From the IMG/VR virus record IMGVR_UViG_3300024493_000235, positions 96,001-160,000 of that record: a stretch of DNA of 64,000 bases; one strand, written 5' to 3'. Origin of the DNA: a virus (Duplodnaviria; Caudoviricetes). Numbering within the stretch: position 1 is the first letter of the stretch; each line of letters begins with the position of its first letter. The notes below the pieces were generated by a model, which made no database searches, had not been told where the DNA came from, and was given only the letters and a program-made list of their open reading frames with translations. The position numbers and the translations under genes are program-made. This document shows positions 37,895 to 45,555 of the stretch, one piece after another.

Positions 37895-39637
37895 TTATGT
37901 CGTAACAGGATTTATTGTTTTATCGATAACAGTCTCAACTCTCTTTAGCACAAGGTCAAAATATTCAGCATTTTTGGCATCTTCTTCACTTAACGTTCTT
38001 GCAGTTGAATGTGCCAAGATATCCCTATACGCTTTTACATCAAGAAGAATACCAAGAGCATCTTCATAGCATTGTATGTTTGTTGTGCGATATGAAATTT
38101 CTTTACACGCTGCAAATGAATTCTTTGTGTTAAGAATATCTTTAGCCACTTCGATAGCATCCTTTTGTATCTCCACAGTTGTACTCTCATTTGTAACAGA
38201 AGATTTTCCTATAAAAGAGTATGCTCCTGTGATATACTGGTCATCATACACCTTTTGTGATGCGACCTGTCCATCATTAGCGTGGCGAGTTATTGGAACG
38301 CTGCTTGTTTTAGCACCGGCTATGTTTTTAACAATGTAAAACATATTATCCCCATGCTTGACAATGGCATTCCGTAATTCAAAAAAGTAATCAGTCATCA
38401 AGCTGTCAGTGTCTCCAACACTGGAGAGATGCTGTTTTATGTCTTCAAGAAGGTTTATAGCTTTACTCTTGTAAGTTTGAGCTGAATTTCTCGATACCTG
38501 TCCCTCTGTGATTAACGCCGTAATTATAAAGCACATAACACGACGTACAACCATCATAAGAGCACCTCTTTCTTCTGCAATTTTCTCTGAGTTAACGATT
38601 GTTACAACGTTTACGGCATCGATATAACTCTTATGATTGTTTAACTGTTCGACGTTGCAAGTTTTGGCAAGTGTTTCATACAATAAAGTCGCGTAAATAT
38701 TATTCGGATTTAAAAGCTGTATCGTGCTTATAACTTTCTGAATGCCGAAAGCTTTTATAAGCGGAAAACCGATTCCGCTCCTAATAAGAGCTTCAATGCA
38801 TTCAAACAGTTTCTTTTGGAAATATATCGATGCTGTATACTCTTTCAAGATAAATTCGTATATCATCATCGACAAGCCTTCAGAAAGATCTGCATCAACT
38901 CTTAAATTGATGGCGATTATCGGGAGAATGAAATCTGTATATTTGTTTACAACTGCAGATAACGTTGCCATTCCGGAAGTCCCAAGACTTCTGTTATCGA
39001 AATTGAAATCTTCACAGATTCTTAAAAGATCTGTTGAAACGGATGTAATTGATATTTCAACACGAGAAGAAGTATCTATGTCACTTCCGTGTATACTTTT
39101 TCTCGCATCTCCAGGATAATATTTTTTCAAGGATTTTGTAGTTCGATACAGTGCCCTCGATGAAGGGTATATCGCCATAATTGGGATTGCTTTCGCTGCT
39201 TCTCTCATACCGTCCATGTATTCAAAAAATGTGGTCTCTTTTACACACACAAATGGAAGCATATCGTATACTGTTGGATTTGTAACCCTTGTCGGCGTAT
39301 TGTCAATAACAAGATCGACAAAATCAATATCGTGACAAAAATCGCAAGAAATAAATCCTTGCGGATGCTGTTCATTTCGTTTAGCCAAAATACATGTGTT
39401 TAAGTTATTAACAGCGCCACTTATGGCTTTTTGAAACGAAAGGTCTTTTGGATTACTAAGAACCGTAGCATTTGGAATACTTTGAAGTAAATCCTGAAAA
39501 AATCTTAAAAAGAATCCTTGCCACGAATTATATGCTATTGTGAAAAGTTCTTTTAAATCCCCTGTTATATTTGTAGGATTTGAATGACTTTCCTGCATTT
39601 CATGTGTATCGGGGGTTGTAATTACTACATCGCTCAT
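37895..39637 (-). CDS. Hypothetical late protein
   Basis: 580 aa, AAGGAG RBS, late promoter 39665..39676. Confidence 0.7.
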   Translation of the reverse strand: MSDVVITTPDTHEMQESHSNPTNITGDLKELFTIAYNSWQGFFLRFFQDLLQSIPNATVLSNPKDLSFQKAISGAVNNLNTCILAKRNEQHPQGFISCDFCHDIDFVDLVIDNTPTRVTNPTVYDMLPFVCVKETTFFEYMDGMREAAKAIPIMAIYPSSRALYRTTKSLKKYYPGDARKSIHGSDIDTSSRVEISITSVSTDLLRICEDFNFDNRSLGTSGMATLSAVVNKYTDFILPIIAINLRVDADLSEGLSMMIYEFILKEYTASIYFQKKLFECIEALIRSGIGFPLIKAFGIQKVISTIQLLNPNNIYATLLYETLAKTCNVEQLNNHKSYIDAVNVVTIVNSEKIAEERGALMMVVRRVMCFIITALITEGQVSRNSAQTYKSKAINLLEDIKQHLSSVGDTDSLMTDYFFELRNAIVKHGDNMFYIVKNIAGAKTSSVPITRHANDGQVASQKVYDDQYITGAYSFIGKSSVTNESTTVEIQKDAIEVAKDILNTKNSFAACKEISYRTTNIQCYEDALGILLDVKAYRDILAHSTARTLSEEDAKNAEYFDLVLKRVETVIDKTINPVTT

Positions 39638-39664
39638 AGAAAAATCTCCTTTTCGAGGTTAATT

Positions 39665-39676
39665 TATTAAGATGTT
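39665..39676 (-). promoter_or_regulatory. Late promoter AACA-N6-TA
   Basis: AACA-TCTTAA-TA. Confidence 0.8.
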
Positions 39677-39683
39677 TCCACAT

Positions 39684-40274
39684 CTATTTTTTAAAGACAA
39701 ACTTGTAGTTACGCAAAATCTTCATAACTTCTTGACTTTTATGCCATACATACGTGTATCCATCTCCTGGCCATTTTGCAATACGATGAAATCCTAAATT
39801 TTCGTAGAATTTATAATTCATTGTTCTCATAGTTCCGACTTCTACAAGTCTATCACCAATTGTATTTAAAAATGTAATTACAAGCTTCGTGCCGATTCTC
39901 TGCCCTTATAATTCGGATGGCATACCAAAAGGTCAATTATTGCTTCATAATCGATAGATTTCTTTTTTATAATATCAATAAACTCTGGGTTATTACGAAA
40001 AATAAATTGCAATCCTCTATGCAACTTCTTCTCAGGATTTAAAGGTTCTTTTGACATAAAGCAAATAATAGCTACAAGGTGCTTTCCGCACCTTACAGTT
40101 ACGATATAATCATCTAATTTAACCTCATCGAGCACATTTGAATCCATATGAGACATATCAAAAAAAACACAATTTTTCAATTTCTTTTTATAGATTGACA
40201 TCAATTTTCTTTATTCTTTCATAAGTGAGCTTTAAAGACAGTTTTTCGGAGATAGATTCAAAAGCATTCTGCAT
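39684..40274 (-). pseudogene. GNAT acetyltransferase gene interrupted by two frameshifts
   Basis: RBS and ATG at 40274 (MQNAFES...). Shift near 40205 into ORF 39878..40204, second shift near 39898 restoring LLVCHPNYKGR(G)IGTKLV...KFYENLGF (GNAT motifs A and B), TAG at 39684. Confidence 0.7.
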
Positions 40275-40301
40275 AATATGCTCCTTTTGTAAAAAATAGT
40301 C

Positions 40302-40313
40302 TACAAAAATGTT
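40302..40313 (-). promoter_or_regulatory. Late promoter AACA-N6-TA
   Basis: AACA-TTTTTG-TA upstream of the GNAT RBS. Confidence 0.75.
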
Positions 40314-40332
40314 AGCCAATATTTAAGATAAG

Positions 40333-40342
40333 TATATATAAT
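40333..40342 (+). promoter_or_regulatory. Early/middle promoter motif TATATATAAT
   Basis: taagTATATATAAT upstream of a three-gene operon. Confidence 0.7.
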
Positions 40343-40370
40343 TTAAGTAACTAAAATAGGAGGGTTTATA

Positions 40371-40898
40371 ATGGAGCTCGGATTTCATTACTTTATTGTC
40401 AAAGTGCAAGAAGGAAAAGGCGCTGTTTGTGCAATACGAAGTGTTGATAATGAAAATGAATTATTAATTATCGATGCATTTGGTTTTGGCGTTAAACTCG
40501 GAGAATATATAAAATATATCGTTTTTCCAAAAGACAATACTGATAAAATCGTCGTTACAGATGGAAAATTAAGACTCCAAGATTTAAGTGAACAATTTGG
40601 AATATCGTCCGGAACTGAAAGAAGCAAAGTTGGTTATATAGCGACAGGTTATACCGTAGGAACAGTTGTCGAAGAAATTGAATTCGGTGCTTATACAAAC
40701 TTAAAGCAAGAATACCTTCAAACATTTTTTGATCCATATGGTAGATTCAAAAAGAAAAAAGATGCCCTTATCGCATTAAAAGAAGGATCTGGGCATTTTA
40801 AAGAATCTTGTCTTAAAAAACCAACAGATAAATCCGGAGTTGGTATTTCTAAAGATGCAATGAGAAAAGGATTTAAAACTCGCAGTAACGTTTTTTAA
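40371..40898 (+). CDS. Hypothetical protein
   Basis: 175 aa, AGGAGG RBS. Confidence 0.7.
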   Translation: MELGFHYFIVKVQEGKGAVCAIRSVDNENELLIIDAFGFGVKLGEYIKYIVFPKDNTDKIVVTDGKLRLQDLSEQFGISSGTERSKVGYIATGYTVGTVVEEIEFGAYTNLKQEYLQTFFDPYGRFKKKKDALIALKEGSGHFKESCLKKPTDKSGVGISKDAMRKGFKTRSNVF

Positions 40899-40935
40899 TT
40901 AAAAAATGATTTCTAAAATATACAGGGAGGCTTAA

Positions 40936-42081
40936 ATGGAAGCTAAAACAATTGTCAACATGATACAAGATGTTATCACAGTTGAAGGTGGATTTGTAAG
41001 AGGTATAATTCTTGAGAAACGCGCAAAACTCAAATTGTACCTTGAGGAACTTAACAAACATGTGCTAACTTGCGGAGATTGGGTTAGCGTCATAAAACGT
41101 GCTATACACGAAAAGAAACACAGTCCCAGGTACTTTGGGGAATGTAATATGGCAGGACTTACTACTTTGTGCAGCCTTACAGTTCCTAACCTGACGGAAA
41201 TCGGGAAAACACTCATTTCTGAATGTCCTGATAATAAAGTTGACAAATACTTTAACGACCTTTTAAGTGAAACATATGTCGATATGTTTGGAGGTTTCAC
41301 ATACAGTGATGTACAGAACTTCAAAATATTTGAAAATTCGGTTGTAAAACTTCGTGGCAGCGATGTTATTGCAAACGAAAACGCAAGTCATTTGCAATCA
41401 TGCGAAACGAATTACGATATTGCGCTTCTTGCTGTAAAGATATTGATGTCGTTATTTGGTGCGCATCTGACTATTAAATTTTGGAAAGATTTTCCAAACA
41501 CCACAATACTTGTCTCCGAAATTAGAGTAAGAGGTAATACGTGTGTTGTAGATTTCAATCTTGACATATTTCCAAACGAATATGTACCATTCGATTGGAC
41601 TCAATCTCCAGGATATTGTATCGGTTGTGGGCATGCTACACAGTACAAATTCACTGGAACGTTTGGACAACCGGGTTCCCCCATATATCCACAATATGGA
41701 ATGTCGTCACAGCATTTTAATCATCCGCAAGATCAGATAAACAAACAGTTTGCTGATATGAATGGTTATGCTGGAACGATAAAAGGAAGATTTCCCAAAC
41801 AAAACGAAAACTTGGAAGATTACCTTGCGAGAATAAAAAGGGAAGATGAAGAAAGTTCCGATGCAGCCAAACAAGAAAACCCGAATGAAACTCCAAATCC
41901 CTTCCAACAAAACTATTGCCAGGTAATACCTTTACACGATCAATGGGGATCTCCTACTCCCATGTGTGGGCCGTTTGCAGGAGGGACTCATAAGGACGTA
42001 AAATTCAGGTTCTTTATGGATCAAACCATGTACTTGAAGTTCCAACAATTCATTCTAACTGAACCAGTTCTTAAGGATTAG
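40936..42081 (+). CDS. Hypothetical protein
   Basis: 381 aa, GGGAGG RBS, Gln/Pro/Gly-rich C-terminal part. Confidence 0.7.
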   Translation: MEAKTIVNMIQDVITVEGGFVRGIILEKRAKLKLYLEELNKHVLTCGDWVSVIKRAIHEKKHSPRYFGECNMAGLTTLCSLTVPNLTEIGKTLISECPDNKVDKYFNDLLSETYVDMFGGFTYSDVQNFKIFENSVVKLRGSDVIANENASHLQSCETNYDIALLAVKILMSLFGAHLTIKFWKDFPNTTILVSEIRVRGNTCVVDFNLDIFPNEYVPFDWTQSPGYCIGCGHATQYKFTGTFGQPGSPIYPQYGMSSQHFNHPQDQINKQFADMNGYAGTIKGRFPKQNENLEDYLARIKREDEESSDAAKQENPNETPNPFQQNYCQVIPLHDQWGSPTPMCGPFAGGTHKDVKFRFFMDQTMYLKFQQFILTEPVLKD

Positions 42082-42135
42082 CAAAGACAAAAACTCTCAG
42101 TTGAGAGGATGCTATATTTTATTAAGGAGTGACAT

Positions 42136-43017
42136 ATGATCACAGTCAAGAAGACAAGGGAAATGCGTATCGTGCGGTTGTACGAATACGAAAATTCCGC
42201 CACAAAACAAAAACAGGATTGTTTGAAACAAATCGAAGAATTCTGTGCCAAACACGGCCTTGTAAAGAAGGAAAGAAAAACTGAAGTTGAACACCGCGTA
42301 TGGCGCGTTCATACTAAGTGGTACAAAGCGGAAGACGCCGAAAAGGAACTGGAATCAAAATGGGCAATTGTTTTGGTATCAACTTACCATTTTGACAATC
42401 TAACCCTTCCGTTGTTCTCAAGAGCTTTGTATCTCGATAACAAGTTCTTCAAAGAACACTTTTCGAAAGAAATTTTCAATGAAGCCACCGAACTGATAGA
42501 CCACATGATGCCAATGCATAATCCCGAACTTGTCGATCTTAACAACAACGTAGGTTCCGACAAGATCGAGTACAATTTCGAAGCCACAGGCCACCAGATC
42601 TATGAGTGTGATATTCCGGGAAATCCAAACCCGAAAGCATCGAACTACGGATACCTTCAAACAGAAACCTGCGCAATCGGCATGACCTTTACAGATTACC
42701 TTCTGCAGGGTATTGACGGGTGCCGGTTTAAATCTTCTGACGGAAGATTTATCATATCTCATCGGTATGTAACCGATGACGATGCTTTCATCATATACGG
42801 ACACGATCAGTCAGATGGTACAGTGTACAATATTCTGACGATTTCATCGGAAAAGAGAGATTCCAGCGAAGAACTTCGCAAATACAGTGTTACATTCGTC
42901 GCTGATCTCTTTAACTACTTCCCTGAGTTTTATGACGCAGTATCAAATATCTTGAATGGTGAATCTTTCGAACTCTCCTCGGGCTATTTAAAACTCGCCT
43001 CCAGGTACTTCGCTTAA
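42136..43017 (+). CDS. Hypothetical protein
   Basis: 293 aa, AAGGAG RBS. Confidence 0.7.
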   Translation: MITVKKTREMRIVRLYEYENSATKQKQDCLKQIEEFCAKHGLVKKERKTEVEHRVWRVHTKWYKAEDAEKELESKWAIVLVSTYHFDNLTLPLFSRALYLDNKFFKEHFSKEIFNEATELIDHMMPMHNPELVDLNNNVGSDKIEYNFEATGHQIYECDIPGNPNPKASNYGYLQTETCAIGMTFTDYLLQGIDGCRFKSSDGRFIISHRYVTDDDAFIIYGHDQSDGTVYNILTISSEKRDSSEELRKYSVTFVADLFNYFPEFYDAVSNILNGESFELSSGYLKLASRYFA

Positions 43018-43024
43018 CAGTTAA

Positions 43025-43051
43025 AATCCGGGGCCATAGTGGCCCCGGATT
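43025..43051. terminator. Bidirectional terminator hairpin
   Basis: aatccggggcca-tag-tggccccggatt between convergent genes. Confidence 0.8.
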
Positions 43052-43075
43052 GTTTTTTGAAAATTGTGCACAAAA

Positions 43076-43936
43076 TCAGTATCGAAGGACATCTTCGACA
43101 GACGATTTTTTTTGCGGTATTTTCGCTCTGTGAGAAAGAGTTCCCATTGTAATACTCCTTCCTATATCTTGAAATTTCAATGCTGTAAATGTTGATATAA
43201 CATGTGGAAGATCCAAAGCTTTCATGAATTTTAAGTTTGCAAGATCGGCCATCTGATCCCCTGTAGAAAGTCTGTTTAAATAATGTCTGTATGGAACCAT
43301 AAGATCTTTAACATACCGAGATTGGGCTGCTATCATTATTTCTAGTACAGCGGCATTTGTGCTAAAGTTTACACCATTTATTTGTGCGCTGCCAAATACA
43401 AGATCCGCAATTTCTGTGTATTTAACAATTGGAGGAAGGAAAGATTTCATGACAATATTCATAAATTTTCCTGCAACATCGGATTGTTTTGGTATTGTGA
43501 CATTCTTTATAAAAATATCACCTTTTTTATATCCAAGTACATAACACTGATGCTCTTCTTCTCCGGATAAACTCATATTACGCTTGAATATATCAGATGG
43601 GATTGTGACCAATGTGGACGGATACATGTACCTAGTTGTATAGTTACTTGGTGTATTATCCGGCCTATCGGGAATTGTATCCCAAATCTTTAGTTGAAAT
43701 ATTCCATATGTATATATTTCTCTTCCGTTTATTGCCATATTTTTTCTTGTAAGGCTTTCTGATGGAATATAAATTTCCATATATTCACCTATGAAAATCA
43801 CTTGACTTTCTTTATTTTTTTGAAAGTACATATGTATCGGCAATTTTGTTTTGACATTCTTTTTGTTGGATAAAATTCTATCAGCAAGTCCACCTTCCAT
43901 TGATATAACATAATCTGCAACGGACATTTCTTCCAT
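43076..43936 (-). CDS. Probable C-terminal beta' fragment of the split virion multisubunit RNA polymerase
   Basis: GVNFSTNAAVLEIMIAAQSR and STFTALKFQDIGRSI...SSVEDVL align by eye with the beta' C-terminal GVKINDKHIEVIVRQM and SFISAASFQETTRVL...LKENVI. Late promoter and ISMEG propeptide site. Confidence 0.6.
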   Translation of the reverse strand: MEEMSVADYVISMEGGLADRILSNKKNVKTKLPIHMYFQKNKESQVIFIGEYMEIYIPSESLTRKNMAINGREIYTYGIFQLKIWDTIPDRPDNTPSNYTTRYMYPSTLVTIPSDIFKRNMSLSGEEEHQCYVLGYKKGDIFIKNVTIPKQSDVAGKFMNIVMKSFLPPIVKYTEIADLVFGSAQINGVNFSTNAAVLEIMIAAQSRYVKDLMVPYRHYLNRLSTGDQMADLANLKFMKALDLPHVISTFTALKFQDIGRSITMGTLSHRAKIPQKKSSVEDVLRY

Positions 43937-43952
43937 TTTGAAACTCCTTAAT

Positions 43953-43964
43953 TACATAGTTGTT
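43953..43964 (-). promoter_or_regulatory. Late promoter AACA-N6-TA
   Basis: AACA-ACTATG-TA. Confidence 0.8.
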
Positions 43965-43966
43965 GA

Positions 43967-44176
43967 AAATAAAAATAGCGTACCCTATAAAGGGTACGCC
44001 ATAGTGGAAAATCCTCAAGTGACGCTCTATTGATCTCGTAACACGAAACCGCTTAACCTACCTTGTTTGAAAAAGAAACCGTGTTTGGGACAATGTTTCT
44101 ATAAACCGAAAGGAGATAGGTTAAAAGCTACACTTGATTACGCGGCACAGCCTATATGATTAGACCAAAACCCATT
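43967..44176 (-). ncRNA. Putative structured late non-coding RNA (~200 nt)
   Basis: Late promoter at 44176..44187, terminator gcgtaccct/agggtacgc (43978..43999) with a T-run on the minus strand, no RBS or ORF. Nested helices UCAAGUG/CACUUGA, UUAACCUA/UAGGUUAA, AGAAAC/GUUUCU and GGUUUCG/CGAGAUC. Confidence 0.65.
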
Positions 44177-44187
44177 ATCGTATTGTT
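44176..44187 (-). promoter_or_regulatory. Late promoter AACA-N6-TA (no protein gene before the next terminator)
   Basis: AACA-ATACGA-TA, back-to-back with TATATATCAT at 44230. Confidence 0.7.
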
Positions 44188-44229
44188 AAATTATTATTGC
44201 AAAAGAAGTGAAATAAAGTATTATACAAT

Positions 44230-44239
44230 TATATATCAT
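44230..44239 (+). promoter_or_regulatory. Early/middle promoter motif TATATATCAT
   Basis: Upstream of the AAGGAG RBS of 44265. Confidence 0.7.
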
Positions 44240-44264
44240 TTATGTAGGAAGGAGATATACGCGT

Positions 44265-45011
44265 ATGATATTAACTTTACTTGTGTCTTTTGTTCAATCA
44301 TTCGTGGACTTGGAAGAAGATCGATGGTTGGACGGAATCGCAGCAGAAAATGCGAAGCGGAAAATTAAGGGAGAAAAACCTGCTGTTAAAGAGCAGCATC
44401 CTAACGTAGAGAGGAGACAGCAACAACCTGATTCCTCCTATCGCACGCCGAATCAAGTTAGTTCTGAAATTCCTATTCCGGGAGCTGGGAATTTCATAAC
44501 GTTCTGCAGCGATCACTGGCTTGCTAAAATGAACCCCAATCATTTTAACGAGCTGCGCACGATGTTTAAGGAACAGTTCCTTAAGCACGTGAACGAAAAG
44601 TATTTAAGCACTCTTTTTAACCGTGTAAAACACGCCATTGAGTGCACACTGGCAACACAGTTAGAATTTAAATTGGGGGACAACGTGTTCACGACAGTTA
44701 CAAGCTTCAAGGCGTTACAAACAATGCTTGAAGAAGCTGACAGGGACGCCCGCCTGTGGAATGGAAAGAAAGAATTGGCGCAAAACGACACCCTTATGAA
44801 TGTCATCGTTTGGACTGTCGTTGACCTCGAGTTCGCCAAACATTTAGGCGGAAAAAATCTGTCGAAACACGACCTTACAGAAAATGACAAAAACATCGTA
44901 TTCCCGACGATGATTCTTGCGGACTGCTATAACACGGCGTTAGCCCTGTTGGATTGCGCTCCTGTCGTTTTCAAAGTTCCAGAAAATCCGTCAACCCCAG
45001 CGGGTACTTAG
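44265..45011 (+). CDS. Hypothetical protein
   Basis: 248 aa, RBS, terminator at 45019..45049. Confidence 0.7.
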   Translation: MILTLLVSFVQSFVDLEEDRWLDGIAAENAKRKIKGEKPAVKEQHPNVERRQQQPDSSYRTPNQVSSEIPIPGAGNFITFCSDHWLAKMNPNHFNELRTMFKEQFLKHVNEKYLSTLFNRVKHAIECTLATQLEFKLGDNVFTTVTSFKALQTMLEEADRDARLWNGKKELAQNDTLMNVIVWTVVDLEFAKHLGGKNLSKHDLTENDKNIVFPTMILADCYNTALALLDCAPVVFKVPENPSTPAGT

Positions 45012-45018
45012 GACGGGT

Positions 45019-45049
45019 TAACGCAAGGGGTTCTTCCACCCTTGCGTTA
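45019..45049 (+). terminator. Intrinsic terminator hairpin
   Basis: taacgcaaggg...cccttgcgtta followed by a T-run. Confidence 0.8.
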
Positions 45050-45063
45050 TTTTTTTTGATGAA

Positions 45064-45075
45064 AACATTTATATA
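45064..45075 (+). promoter_or_regulatory. Late promoter AACA-N6-TA
   Basis: AACA-TTTATA-TA immediately after the terminator. Confidence 0.6.
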
Positions 45076-45224
45076 AGAGAAGATGGATTTTTATGAAAAA
45101 AGTCGTTTTAGTCCTCATTATGGGGAGTGGCTAGGATATATACAATAATGCTTATTTTATTAGCAGAACTTGTGGTCTAAAACACCTAAAATCGCCTCTT
45201 AATCTATGTAAAAAGGATTCAAAA

Positions 45225-45521
45225 ATGATATCAATAATCATACTTGTCATATTATTCATCGTAGCCGAATATTTTCTCATATTATACAGCGCAAAGAAAA
45301 AAGGTTTTATTATTCGAAAAGAAACCTATCAAGTTCCAAGACAAGGATGTCCTTATATAGTCTATAAGATTGTCTACACAGTTAACGGAGTATTTAAAAA
45401 AGCATCATACTCCATCGAAGTATCCAAAAACGATTTTGATAAAGCAAAATATGGAGACATAATCACAATTACAACTGATAATAAAGGCAAACAAACTGTT
45501 GATATTATTTCTAGCACATAA
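45225..45521 (+). CDS. Small membrane-anchored protein
   Basis: N-terminal TM helix followed by a beta-rich domain, AAGGA RBS. Confidence 0.65.
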   Translation: MISIIILVILFIVAEYFLILYSAKKKGFIIRKETYQVPRQGCPYIVYKIVYTVNGVFKKASYSIEVSKNDFDKAKYGDIITITTDNKGKQTVDIISST

Positions 45522-45522
45522 A

Positions 45523-45555
45523 AATAATGTAGGGGCATAATGCCCCTACATTATT
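45523..45555. terminator. Bidirectional terminator hairpin
   Basis: taatgtaggggca-taa-tgcccctacatta between convergent genes. Confidence 0.8.

Noticed and set aside
44156-44368. 70-aa plus-strand ORF
   Set aside because: It runs across two promoters and overlaps the real gene at 44265, with no RBS.
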